DNA of 64,000 nucleotides from the IMG/VR virus record IMGVR_UViG_3300044634_004833, positions 64,001-128,000 of that record; one strand, written 5' to 3'. A model generated the notes under the pieces. It saw only the letters and a program-made list of their open reading frames with translations, searched no databases and had not been told where the DNA came from. Source of the stretch: a virus. Position numbers and translations under genes: made by a program. Of this stretch, positions 1 to 8,855 are shown one piece after another; the stretch's first letter is position 1; every line of letters begins with the position of its first letter.

Positions 1-519
1 AAACAAGATATAGCCAAAGCACAAAGTCTTATTTGTGCAAAAAATAATGATCAAGATGGACTGAAATCGGCAGAAGATATTCTTGAGGAAGGCCTTCAAG
101 CTGAAACGGATATATTGACCAAGCAACAAAATATAACACCAGTAATAACAACACATAATATCGCATCTAATAACAATAATATTGGCCCTAGAGCAGGAAA
201 GGGCAGGCCCAGTAAAAAAACTTCTGAAAAACAAGAAAATGAAGATGTTCCTGTATCTGCTCCGCAGGTAGAAACGGAGAGTAAGTCTGAAGATCCAGAA
301 TTAGGAGATTTGGTTATTCACAAGAGTATTTTGGTAGATAAATGGTTGAAAACTATTGAAAAAATTAAAGATGATGAATTAGAGGGAATTGTTTTAGATA
401 CATCAGTTATTAATATTACAAGAGATCTTATTGTATCATTGTTAAATGACCAGTGCTGCGTTGATTTTCTTATTCATTGGTCCAAAGAAATAAGAAGAAG
501 CACAAGATTTGCCGAATAA
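1..519 (+). CDS. hypothetical protein, 5'-truncated by the window edge
   Basis: Frame is open from position 1 to TAA at 517-519, so the track start at 115 is not necessarily the real start. Confidence 0.7.
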   Translation, partial: KQDIAKAQSLICAKNNDQDGLKSAEDILEEGLQAETDILTKQQNITPVITTHNIASNNNNIGPRAGKGRPSKKTSEKQENEDVPVSAPQVETESKSEDPELGDLVIHKSILVDKWLKTIEKIKDDELEGIVLDTSVINITRDLIVSLLNDQCCVDFLIHWSKEIRRSTRFAE

Positions 520-529
520 GTATTAAAAA

Positions 530-562
530 ATACGACTGAGAGAAACTTTCTCTCAGTCGTAT
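530..562. terminator. perfect 15-bp inverted repeat, probable terminator
   Basis: atacgactgagagaa-act-ttctctcagtcgtat just after a stop codon, with A/T-rich flanks. Confidence 0.6.
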
Positions 563-571
563 ATATTTTAG

Positions 572-850
572 ATGATATGCTTTTGTCCTTATTGTGGCAA
601 GCCATTGCCAAAGCCTCTAAATAATGGTGTTTCGTTCTGCACCAATTGCACAAGAACTATAGTTTCTACCAAACAAAACGAACTTCTTTCCAGCTATAGG
701 ATATTAATAAGCAGAGTCTATACCAACGAAGATCAATTAAAGGCTGCTTTAAAAATAAATGCAGAAGATTATGCTTTTATAAAATCGTTTGCAGACGACG
801 GTCTGAGTGTTGATGAATTTACAAAGCATCTTAAGACTAAAATTGCTTAA
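572..850 (+). CDS. zinc-ribbon protein
   Basis: CPYC...CTNC at the N-terminus. Confidence 0.7.
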   Translation: MICFCPYCGKPLPKPLNNGVSFCTNCTRTIVSTKQNELLSSYRILISRVYTNEDQLKAALKINAEDYAFIKSFADDGLSVDEFTKHLKTKIA

Positions 851-1040
851 AAAATTCTTTTACATCTTTGTTAGATCTTTGAATTAATTCAGTTCTAGTA
901 ATTTTATATTCGTTTTCTGCTTCGATTCCAACTCGAACTTTATAGTTGTCATCAATTCGACATACAGTTATTTTTATTAATTTGCCATCTGGGCAACTAA
1001 TTGTAATGCTTTCATCTTGTTTTCTGGTTAAAACTAACAT
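837..1040 (-). CDS. csrA: carbon storage regulator CsrA/RsmA family RNA-binding protein
   Basis: MLVLTRKQDESITI...KVRVGIEA...ITRTEL signature; SD AGGAG upstream. Confidence 0.92.
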   Translation of the reverse strand: MLVLTRKQDESITISCPDGKLIKITVCRIDDNYKVRVGIEAENEYKITRTELIQRSNKDVKEFFKQF

Positions 1041-1071
1041 GCAAACTCCTTTTTTAATTTTCCCTATTAAA

Positions 1072-1100
1072 ATTGTAGACTATTAAAATTTCAAAATCAA
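1072..1100 (-). promoter_or_regulatory. sigma70-like promoter for csrA
   Basis: TTGATT-N17-TACAAT on the minus strand. Confidence 0.5.
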
Positions 1101-1107
1101 ATTTTTT

Positions 1108-1137
1108 GGTTGTTTTCAAAATAAAATCCCCTAATAT
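1108..1137 (+). promoter_or_regulatory. class I promoter-like motif (GGTTGT-N14-CCCC-TAATAT)
   Basis: Same boxes and 24-nt offset as 7 other intergenic copies. Confidence 0.65.
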
Positions 1138-1168
1138 TTCAAAAGACAAATTCATTCATGAGGGTGCC

Positions 1169-1576
1169 ATGAGCCAGAATCAACCTGTTGGTCAAGATGA
1201 CAAAAAAACACTTGTAACATTAATGGAGGAAAGAAAACTCCTGATGCAACAAATTAAAGAAATAGAAACCCAAATACAGAAAATAGGCGGCTCAATTTCA
1301 GGGGCAAGAGCTTACATCGGAGAATCTAAAATAGGCAGGCCAAAAGGCAGCACAAATAAAAAGTCTCTTGATTCTATTATTCTAGAAACCGTTTACAACT
1401 CTTCTGTTGAAGTTGGTGTAAACGATATAATTGAAAAAGTTATTTTCGAAGGCTATGTTTCTTCTTCTGGTGCAAAAGATTTTTTGAATATTGTGCGTTC
1501 TAGACTTAGTGTTCTAAAGAAACAAAAGAAAATTATTAGAAACGACGATACAGCAAAATTTTCTAAGGCCACTTGA
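1169..1576 (+). CDS. putative DNA-binding protein (coiled coil, GRPKGS hook, winged-helix-like C-terminus)
   Basis: ATG at 1169 after GAGGG and downstream of the promoter motif; GRPKGSTNKK motif. Confidence 0.55.
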   Translation: MSQNQPVGQDDKKTLVTLMEERKLLMQQIKEIETQIQKIGGSISGARAYIGESKIGRPKGSTNKKSLDSIILETVYNSSVEVGVNDIIEKVIFEGYVSSSGAKDFLNIVRSRLSVLKKQKKIIRNDDTAKFSKAT

Positions 1577-1603
1577 TTCAGATATGTTTTTTATTACAAT
1601 CAT

Positions 1604-2830
1604 GTGATGAAAAACAAAAATAACTCAAAAGATATTTTCCTTTGCAACTTCTGCGGAAAACCTTCCGCAGAAGTTGGTCATTTAATAGAGAGTAATATCT
1701 CTAAAGACAAAGTTCGCATATGTTTTGTATGTCATAATACTTGTTCACACATTTTTTCTCATCATAGCAAACAATATAGTGCTAAAAGTTTTTCTAAAAA
1801 AAAGAAATCTAAAAACTTCGATCCTAGAAGTTTAAAAGAATATTTGGATCAATATGTTATTGGTCAAGATTTTGCAAAAAAAGCACTAAGCATTGCTGTT
1901 GCAAACCATTATAAAAGAATTAATGAAATAGTAGAATGTAATAGCAAAGATGAAGTTATTTTAGAAAAGACAAATGTTTTATTAGTTGGGCCAACTGGTT
2001 GTGGAAAAACCATGTTGATCAAAAGGTTGGCAAAATTTCTTAATGTGCCTTTAGCAATAGGCGATGCTACATCCTTGACAGAAGCTGGATATGTTGGCGA
2101 TGATGTGGAAAGTTTGATTTCTACGTTATTGCGTAATTGTGACTTTGATATAGAGGCCGCACAAAGCGGAATTATTTATATTGATGAAATTGATAAGCTT
2201 TCCATAAGCAGAAATAATGTTAGTATTTCCAAAGATGTCGGAGGAGAAGGTGTACAACAATCCTTGTTGAAAATCATAGAAGGCACCACATGTAATGTAA
2301 GTCCGCAAGGTGGTAGAAAGCACCCTGAGCAAAAAATGTTGCATATAGACACAACAAATATTTTGTTTATTGTTGGCGGAACATTTGCAGGAATTGAAGA
2401 TATTTTAGCAAAAAGAAATGGCAGAAAGATGGGTTTTCATCATTCCGCTGAAACAGCACACGAACAAGATGAATCAGTATTGCCAGAAGACCTTATTAAA
2501 TTCGGTATGATACCAGAATTTATTGGAAGGTTCCCCCTCATACAAAAATTGGAAAAACTAAGTGTTGAAGACCTTGTCACGGTTTTGGAAAAACCAAAAA
2601 ACAGTTTGGTAAAACAGTACAAAAAGCAATTTCAATTCGATAATGTACAGTTAACTTTTGAAAAAGATGCTCTTTATTACATAGCAGAAAGAGCCTTTGT
2701 TTTAAGTACAGGGGCAAGAGGATTGAAGCAAATTATAGAAAGAATATTATTTGACTATAATTTTAATGTTGTAGATTATAAAAATAAAAAAATTGTAATT
2801 ACAAAAAAATACGTTGAGGAAAAACTTTGA
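1604..2830 (+). CDS. clpX: ATP-dependent Clp protease ATP-binding subunit ClpX
   Basis: CNFCGK zinc domain, GPTGCGKT, DATSLTEAGYVGDDVE, IDEIDK, GEGVQQSLLK, PQGGRKHP, TGARGL. Confidence 0.97.
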   Translation: MMKNKNNSKDIFLCNFCGKPSAEVGHLIESNISKDKVRICFVCHNTCSHIFSHHSKQYSAKSFSKKKKSKNFDPRSLKEYLDQYVIGQDFAKKALSIAVANHYKRINEIVECNSKDEVILEKTNVLLVGPTGCGKTMLIKRLAKFLNVPLAIGDATSLTEAGYVGDDVESLISTLLRNCDFDIEAAQSGIIYIDEIDKLSISRNNVSISKDVGGEGVQQSLLKIIEGTTCNVSPQGGRKHPEQKMLHIDTTNILFIVGGTFAGIEDILAKRNGRKMGFHHSAETAHEQDESVLPEDLIKFGMIPEFIGRFPLIQKLEKLSVEDLVTVLEKPKNSLVKQYKKQFQFDNVQLTFEKDALYYIAERAFVLSTGARGLKQIIERILFDYNFNVVDYKNKKIVITKKYVEEKL

Positions 2831-3225
2831 TACCAATTTTTGTTTATGGAACTTTAAAAAAAGGCGGTCGAGGGCACCATCTTTTAAAAAATTGTAAATT
2901 CCTTTCTGAAGTTACAACTAAAAAAAATTATAAATTATATAGTAAAATTTCTTATCCGTGTATGGTTTTGGATTTAGAAGATCCAAAATCAGTTCCTGGC
3001 GAATTATATTTAGCTGATTTGTATACCATCAAAGTTTTAAATGAATACGAAGGAGTAGACGTTGGTTTGTATTCTTTGTCTGTAATTGAATTAGATGAAA
3101 ATACTTTTAAAAATAAAGAAATTGTTGTTGCACATGGGTATTGTATGTCTTATATTTACTTAGGCGATGTTTCATATTTAAAAGTTATCGATCAATGGCA
3201 GGAGCAATTAATTCATGAATATTGA
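2827..3225 (+). CDS. gamma-glutamylcyclotransferase family protein
   Basis: IFVYGTLKKG...VPGELY...LNEYEG. Confidence 0.85.
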   Translation: MIPIFVYGTLKKGGRGHHLLKNCKFLSEVTTKKNYKLYSKISYPCMVLDLEDPKSVPGELYLADLYTIKVLNEYEGVDVGLYSLSVIELDENTFKNKEIVVAHGYCMSYIYLGDVSYLKVIDQWQEQLIHEY

Positions 3226-4123
3226 TAAAGTTGATTTTGAGATCAACGAAAACAATTTTAAATATTGGATTACTGGAGACTTCAACGAAACTTCTTATGG
3301 CGAAGAAATAGAATCAGAAATACCAGACGCAGAAGAATTTGCAAAGAAAAAAGTTTTAATTCAAAAAGATATAAACAAGGTCGCTCCTGAAATACGGCAG
3401 TTTTATACTGAGCCACTTCTTACGAAAAAACAAGAGTTTCATATTTTTAGAAAAATGAATTTCTATAAATATAAAATGAAACTTAATTTTGATACTTACA
3501 AGCAAACTGGAATAAACAATTTTGAAAAAATATGTATTGATTATTTTTGTAAATATCAAGAAACTAGAAACTTTATTGCTACTTGCAATACTCGTTTAAC
3601 TGCTCAAGTTATTAAAAAAAGAAAAGATTATTATGGAGAAAATATAAACGATTTAATAAGCGATTGTTTATTTAATATTATGAAAGCAATAGATGGATTT
3701 GATTACACAAGAGGTTTTAAATTTTCAACTTATTGTACATGGGTTTTAATGAACAATTCTTTGAGAGACCATTCTCATGACAAAAAGTTTTATGATAAAA
3801 TTGCAACGAATATTGACAATTCTACTTTTTCAAACAAATTAGATGAAAAACAATATGAAAATGTATCTCAAGTTGAAAAAGATGAAAGCATAAATTATGA
3901 TGTTTTAAAAGTTTTAAATCTTATTAAACAAAGAGATTGCAGAGAACACTTTGTTATTATCCATTGTTTTGGTCTGCTTGGCAAAAGTAAAAAAACACTA
4001 AAGGAAATATCAGCGGAACTTAACTTAACAAAAGAAAGAGTTCGGCAGATTCGTGAAAATGGAGTTAAGTTTATCAAGGATCAAATAAAAGACGGTAAAC
4101 TTAATTTAATTTCTTTAAGCTAG
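3215..4123 (+). CDS. RNA polymerase sigma-70 family factor
   Basis: Region 2 KAIDGFDYTRGFKFSTYCTW; region 4 KTLKEISAELNLTKERVRQI; PLLTxxQExHIFRKMN segment. Confidence 0.92.
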   Translation: MNIDKVDFEINENNFKYWITGDFNETSYGEEIESEIPDAEEFAKKKVLIQKDINKVAPEIRQFYTEPLLTKKQEFHIFRKMNFYKYKMKLNFDTYKQTGINNFEKICIDYFCKYQETRNFIATCNTRLTAQVIKKRKDYYGENINDLISDCLFNIMKAIDGFDYTRGFKFSTYCTWVLMNNSLRDHSHDKKFYDKIATNIDNSTFSNKLDEKQYENVSQVEKDESINYDVLKVLNLIKQRDCREHFVIIHCFGLLGKSKKTLKEISAELNLTKERVRQIRENGVKFIKDQIKDGKLNLISLS

Positions 4124-4263
4124 CCCACAACTGCGGGCTGGAATCAAGACATTCAACCGCCATGTTTTTTATGGTGGGAGAGCTTCTTTTTTTTCATTTC
4201 TTTTGAATCTCTTATTTTTATCCACTCTACAAATTTAATTGGTTTGTTTGGTTTTTGTTCCAT
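4120..4263 (-). CDS. small basic peptide with in-frame TGA codons (candidate selenoprotein): MEQKPNKPIKFVEWIKIRDSKEMKKKKLSHHKKHGG-TGA-MS-TGA-FQPAVVG
   Basis: SD GGAG; third gene of a minus-strand late operon; TGA at 4155-4153 and 4146-4144; SECIS-like hairpin 4139-4122; not in the ORF track. Confidence 0.5.
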
Positions 4264-4264
4264 T

Positions 4265-4510
4265 TTAATCTCCAGTATCTATATCTAAAAATTGCAATCT
4301 GTCTTCTTGATTAAACTTTATAATTTTATTTATTACCCAATCTTGTAAATCGTTTAGATCTATCCTTGCCATTATCAAAGAATAATTTTTTTTATTTTTT
4401 AAATTATTTATGGCATCTAAAAGGAGAGGGTTTTCTTCTATTTTTTCTTTTAGCCAAGGTCTTTTAAAATAAACTTCTTCTATGGTTTCCGCTAATTTAT
4501 CATCAAACAT
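4265..4510 (-). CDS. hypothetical protein
   Basis: ORF tightly packed between neighbouring minus-strand genes. Confidence 0.65.
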   Translation of the reverse strand: MFDDKLAETIEEVYFKRPWLKEKIEENPLLLDAINNLKNKKNYSLIMARIDLNDLQDWVINKIIKFNQEDRLQFLDIDTGD

Positions 4511-4511
4511 A

Positions 4512-4787
4512 TTAACTCTTGCAATTACAATTTTTACATTTACAATTCTTGCAATTATTATTCTTACATTCTTTGCATGGACACTTGCATTTGTTTTCTA
4601 TGTTTCTTTTTTTCACATATTCTTTAAAAGACATAATTCTATGTTCTAGATGGGTGAATTTTTCCACATCCGCAGAACTCATTGAGTCAGCAACATTCTT
4701 TATTTTTTTACTTGGGCACTTGCCATTTTCTTGGCAGTTTTTCACGGCATAAAAAAAATTCTTTTGTTTTTGGCTTCTGGCTGGCAT
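4512..4787 (-). CDS. phage MPAxSxxQ-type small protein with a Cys-rich metallothionein-like tail
   Basis: MPARSQKQKNFF start lies 4 nt after TAAATA; SFKEY motif; C-terminal CKCPCKECKNNNCKNCKCKNCNCKS. Confidence 0.7.
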   Translation of the reverse strand: MPARSQKQKNFFYAVKNCQENGKCPSKKIKNVADSMSSADVEKFTHLEHRIMSFKEYVKKRNIENKCKCPCKECKNNNCKNCKCKNCNCKS

Positions 4788-4844
4788 ACTGTATTTAGTT
4801 GTTGTATTATGATTTTCATCAACCTGCTGCACCACGAGATTAAA

Positions 4845-5159
4845 ATGTCTAGCAAAACTTCAAAAAAATCTCCTGAAAATAAAGTCCCTCTGGTTTTTAT
4901 GACAATAAAAGAAGTAGTTGAATATATTAATAATGAATCTGAATGTCCTTATTTAATTAGTTTTGAGCATAGTATGGCTGGAATGGGAGAAAATGTTATT
5001 AAGATAACTTCTAAAAATACATATAATGTTGTTTGTTATATTAACAACGAAAATAATAAAATTTTTTTCCCAAGGCCTGTTTCGTCTGCTGTTATAAATG
5101 AAATTTTAGATTTGACGAACAAAAAAGATAAACTTTTTTCAAACAACTTCATAAGTTGA
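4845..5159 (+). CDS. hypothetical protein
   Basis: ORF; ATG at 4845 avoids overlap with the divergent gene. Confidence 0.6.
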   Translation: MSSKTSKKSPENKVPLVFMTIKEVVEYINNESECPYLISFEHSMAGMGENVIKITSKNTYNVVCYINNENNKIFFPRPVSSAVINEILDLTNKKDKLFSNNFIS

Positions 5160-5843
5160 ATTTTTTGCTGGCATATTATTTTCATAATCTTCTATTTTTT
5201 CCAAAGCATCAAATAGGTAGTGAGATGTCAAAGTAGACATTACTTTATCGCCTCTTAGGTCTTTTACTATCTCTAGTTGGCAAGATTCAACTCTATCATT
5301 GTAATTATGTGTTGTGAAATACTTATTCATATTGTTATATGAAGCGCCGTTATATTTATCTCCAGGAAAGCTACTGTAACATTTTACACCACAATTAATT
5401 AAATTACATATTACAAATCTTTTAAGATTCAAATTGCAACTTCTATCAGGAAAAGATTTGCTTTCACCATCTCCAAAAATCATTTCTAAATCTTTTTTGT
5501 TATATTTTGATCTAATATTATTGCTTGCGCCATGTATCCAAATTATAAAACATTTTTGATAAAATTTTAATATCGTGTTAACGCTTTGTATTATTGGATT
5601 GAGAAATTCTTTTTTTACATCATCTATTATATGAGAATAGTTATTGCAATCCGCTTGCTCAGATTTTATATCTAATGTTTTAGACTTTTTCCAACCATGA
5701 TTTATGACATAATTGCATCCTAGTAATTTGGCAGTTCTTTCTGTTATCAAATCTGTATTGTAATCATCTGATTTATTGCCGTGTGGGGCAACCAACAATA
5801 AAGGTTTTGCCCCATGTCCGATTGTTACTCTGGCGTTTCTCAT
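5139..5843 (-). CDS. putative zinc-dependent amidohydrolase (N-formylglutamate amidohydrolase-like fold)
   Basis: LLLVAPHG..D..T, IWIHG and QLEI motifs. Confidence 0.5.
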   Translation of the reverse strand: MRNARVTIGHGAKPLLLVAPHGNKSDDYNTDLITERTAKLLGCNYVINHGWKKSKTLDIKSEQADCNNYSHIIDDVKKEFLNPIIQSVNTILKFYQKCFIIWIHGASNNIRSKYNKKDLEMIFGDGESKSFPDRSCNLNLKRFVICNLINCGVKCYSSFPGDKYNGASYNNMNKYFTTHNYNDRVESCQLEIVKDLRGDKVMSTLTSHYLFDALEKIEDYENNMPAKNSTYEVV

Positions 5844-5892
5844 ACTATATTTTATCCTTCGATTTAAATTTTTTTTAAAAGATCCAAAAATT

Positions 5893-5922
5893 GGTTGTTT
5901 TTTTTCTTGGATACCGTATCAT
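5893..5922 (+). promoter_or_regulatory. class I promoter-like motif
   Basis: GGTTGT at 5893 and CCG-TATCAT at 5917 (24-nt offset). Confidence 0.65.
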
Positions 5923-5949
5923 TTAGGGATAAAAATCAAAGAAAGGGGG

Positions 5950-5981
5950 CTGCGATAAAAATTTTCTAATTGCTAGTGGCC
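5950..5981 (+). promoter_or_regulatory. class II bipartite motif CTGCGATAA-N14-CTAGT
   Basis: Identical boxes and spacing at 34111 and 46626. Confidence 0.6.
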
Positions 5982-6039
5982 ATCGCAAGGATTTGCGTGT
6001 TAACCATAATTCCGCCAGATTTAATAAGGAGGTGTCAAT

Positions 6040-6864
6040 ATGTACAAGACTTTTACCCTAGAAGAGCGTCAAGAAATAGCCCAAGCCAATATTCTTGCAA
6101 AGAGTTACTTTGATCAGATTGCTCAAAACTTTAAAAACTATTCTGAATTTGTTGCCCTTCTAAAAAAGGATTATTCTAAAATTTACGATATGTTGCCAAG
6201 TAATCTTAAAAGTAAGTTTTTTGATGATGTTATGATTTTAAAATTGCCTTTGAAGTATGAAGACAAAATGCAAGATGTTTGCAAAGGTATTATTTTGACT
6301 GCTGTTAAGCAAAGAAGCTTTAATGGCATGGATTACGACGAAGCTTATATTGAAGGAATGATTGGGGCAGACAAGGCCCTTTGGATGTACAGGGATAGCG
6401 CAATTAAGTTGCAAACATACGCCATGACTTGTGCTAGGAGTAGGTTGGCTGATTACAGAGAAAAGCAGTTTAATAGTAAGAAGAAAGCAAAGGAATATGG
6501 TTTCGAAGACTTTGACAAGGCTCCTATAACCAAAGAAGAAAAATATCTTGGAAGGGCTTTCCGCAAGAACACAACTGTAGTGGATGCGGTGTTAGACAAT
6601 GAAGAAGCAAAGATTAAGTTTGATGATTTGATAAACATGGCGTGTTCTGATGAGCTGGATTTAGAAATCGTCAAGAACTATTTGGAAAACAATAGGAAAG
6701 GTTCCGAATCAGTTTGGGTTGTAGATGTAATTCAATTCTTTGAGGGAAAGACAGGAAAGCCAATTAGCGCCAACGCTGTGCGTAAAAGGCTTGCGAAAAT
6801 TCAACAAAGGGCAAAAGACATTGCTGACAAAAAAGGCTTTAAAAAAGAAAATATTGTTCTTTAA
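6040..6864 (+). CDS. divergent sigma-70-like factor
   Basis: Region-2-like DEAYIEGMIGADKALWMY...LQTYA; C-terminal HTH-like ISANAVRKRLAKI; strong SD AAGGAGGT. Confidence 0.65.
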   Translation: MYKTFTLEERQEIAQANILAKSYFDQIAQNFKNYSEFVALLKKDYSKIYDMLPSNLKSKFFDDVMILKLPLKYEDKMQDVCKGIILTAVKQRSFNGMDYDEAYIEGMIGADKALWMYRDSAIKLQTYAMTCARSRLADYREKQFNSKKKAKEYGFEDFDKAPITKEEKYLGRAFRKNTTVVDAVLDNEEAKIKFDDLINMACSDELDLEIVKNYLENNRKGSESVWVVDVIQFFEGKTGKPISANAVRKRLAKIQQRAKDIADKKGFKKENIVL

Positions 6865-6894
6865 TTTGGCTTGGCCTTCTGATATTATTTGGTC

Positions 6895-6954
6895 ATTGGC
6901 ACCGGATGCAATAGGCAGGATCGCATAGTGCGATGCATCCGGTGCCAATTTTTT
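6895..6954 (+). terminator. GC-rich branched hairpin with T-tract
   Basis: 16-bp arms attggcaccggatgca / tgcatccggtgccaat, inner atcgca-tag-tgcgat, followed by T-run. Confidence 0.6.
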
Positions 6955-7153
6955 GGATAATAAAATGACAGATGTTTCTTACGAATGGATGATGAGAATA
7001 ATGGAACTTAGGAAGTTCCCCGAGTTGGCTACTAAAGAAGATGTTCAAAAGCTAACCGATGACATCATTCTTTTGATATATGGTTTTAAAGAGAAGGCAA
7101 GCTATGTAGATATAGTATCACATATACAGGAAAGCCATGCACAACAGCCATGA
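6953..7153 (+). CDS. hypothetical protein
   Basis: ORF overlapping the next start. Confidence 0.55.
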   Translation: MDNKMTDVSYEWMMRIMELRKFPELATKEDVQKLTDDIILLIYGFKEKASYVDIVSHIQESHAQQP

Positions 7154-7703
7154 GTTCTTAGATAAGATATGCAAAATTCTTCAAAGGCAAAAGCAAACTA
7201 AAATAAGTGGCAAATTAGAAAAGTTAACTGTTTTTAGAGTTTTGACAAATAAAAACAATTTCCCATATGAAATAGAATTAGATGATATAAAAATAGAGTC
7301 AGTTAATGAAACAAATGAAGATTTTGTCACTCTTGTAAAAAAAATAAACCCATTTTTTAATTTTAATGTAAGCAAAGAAAAGTTAAAGTATTATAAAAAA
7401 TATTATTTTATTACAAATAAAATTTATGAATCGGTTAAAAATTTATTTAACGAAAGACAATTGGTTTCATACTTTTCAATTTATGACATTACAAATCAAA
7501 CTGATATACTTTTGGATGAACATAGACAAAATGGCGCTAGTGATCAATCTTTGTTTAAAACTTTTGAAGAAGCAAAAAATTCGCTTTATGACTATTGCCA
7601 ACTGTATAATAATTTTGGGCTAGAAATGAAAGTTGCAATTCGCAAACATAATTTCATAGGCGATATTCTAGAAGAAACAACTATAGATGTCAGCGAACTG
7701 TGA
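7137..7703 (+). CDS. hypothetical protein
   Basis: 188-aa ORF in operon. Confidence 0.65.
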   Translation: MHNSHEFLDKICKILQRQKQTKISGKLEKLTVFRVLTNKNNFPYEIELDDIKIESVNETNEDFVTLVKKINPFFNFNVSKEKLKYYKKYYFITNKIYESVKNLFNERQLVSYFSIYDITNQTDILLDEHRQNGASDQSLFKTFEEAKNSLYDYCQLYNNFGLEMKVAIRKHNFIGDILEETTIDVSEL

Positions 7704-7710
7704 GGCACAA

Positions 7711-8712
7711 ATGCAAATTGAAAAAGAAGTCAAACTAGATTTCAATGATGTTTTAATCAAACCAAGGCCCAGCGAATTAAAAAGTAGAGCAGAAGTAAAC
7801 CTAGAAGTTTCTTATTTGTGCAAGCATGCCAATAGAATAATAGCCGGGTTTCCTTTAATTGTAGCAAACATGAGTTGTGTTGGCACAATTCCTATGGCAA
7901 AAGCATTGCATAATTATGGATTTTTTGTTGCACTACATAAATTTATAGAAGAAAAAAGATTGGTAGAGTTTTATAACTCCATAGAAAGTCAAAATTCTTT
8001 TTATACTCTTGGTTTGAACGATGATTTGGAAAAATTGGACAGAGTAATAGATTCTTCTAAATATTTAAATAAAATAAACCTTGATGTTGCAAATGGATAC
8101 ATGTATAGTTTTTTAGATTATATAAAGAAAATAAGACAAAGATATCCTAATTTTATTATAATGGCTGGCAATGTAGCAACACCAGAAGGTGTAGAAAACA
8201 TTGTAAAAGCTGGAGCTGATATAGCTAAGTGCGGAATTGCAAATGGTGGCCATTGCGAAACAAAAAACAAAGCTGGAATTGGTTATAAACAATTTTCTGT
8301 ATCAGTTGAATGTGGTCAAGCAGCTAATGAATTGAATGCCCTTTGTTGTTCCGATGGGGGTTCTAAATCTCCTGCAGACATATGCAAGGCTTTGGGAGGC
8401 GGTAGCCATTTCGTTATGGCCGGGGGGCTTTTTGCAGCCACAGATGAATGTGAATCAGAATGGAAAGAAGAGAATGGCATTAAGAAAATGCTTATGTATG
8501 GCATGTCTAGCAAGGTGGCTAATGACAAATACTGTGGCGGATTAAAATCTTACAGAGCATCAGAAGGAAGAGAATCATGGATTGATTACAAAGGACCAGT
8601 TTCTCATATAGCTGTTGATATTAGAGGTGGCGTAGCAAGTTGTTGCACCTATACAAATACAAAAAATTTAGAGAATCTTAGAAAAAACTGCATATTTACG
8701 ATTGGAAAGTGA
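7711..8712 (+). CDS. guaC: GMP reductase
   Basis: KLDFNDVLIKPRPSELKSRAEV, LDVANGY, MAGNVAT, YGMSS, YRASEGR; no CBS domains; start could also be 7687. Confidence 0.92.
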   Translation: MQIEKEVKLDFNDVLIKPRPSELKSRAEVNLEVSYLCKHANRIIAGFPLIVANMSCVGTIPMAKALHNYGFFVALHKFIEEKRLVEFYNSIESQNSFYTLGLNDDLEKLDRVIDSSKYLNKINLDVANGYMYSFLDYIKKIRQRYPNFIIMAGNVATPEGVENIVKAGADIAKCGIANGGHCETKNKAGIGYKQFSVSVECGQAANELNALCCSDGGSKSPADICKALGGGSHFVMAGGLFAATDECESEWKEENGIKKMLMYGMSSKVANDKYCGGLKSYRASEGRESWIDYKGPVSHIAVDIRGGVASCCTYTNTKNLENLRKNCIFTIGK

Positions 8713-8716
8713 AATA

Positions 8717-8845
8717 ATGAATGAGCAAGATCAAAGTCATCTCGAATACTTGACAGCAATTATATTTTTTATTATTCCTGTTGGTCTTTTAATGAACTCA
8801 ATAGTTCTTAAATTTTGTTTGTGGATTCTAAATTTGCATTCGTAA
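8717..8845 (+). CDS. small membrane peptide (42 aa)
   Basis: MNEQDQSHLEYLTAIIFFIIPVGLLMNSIVLKFCLWILNLHS fills the gap exactly; below the track length cut-off. Confidence 0.5.
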   Translation: MNEQDQSHLEYLTAIIFFIIPVGLLMNSIVLKFCLWILNLHS

Positions 8846-8855
8846 ATACATCAAG

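Noticed and set aside
423-878. Avoidance of BglII sites as support for an active AGATCT restriction enzyme
   Set aside because: AGATCT occurs readily (e.g. 423, 873), so no avoidance is visible and specificity cannot be inferred
1574-1606. TGA of the DNA-binding gene is in frame with clpX
   Set aside because: No hairpin downstream and ClpX is full length on its own; in-frame adjacency is expected by chance
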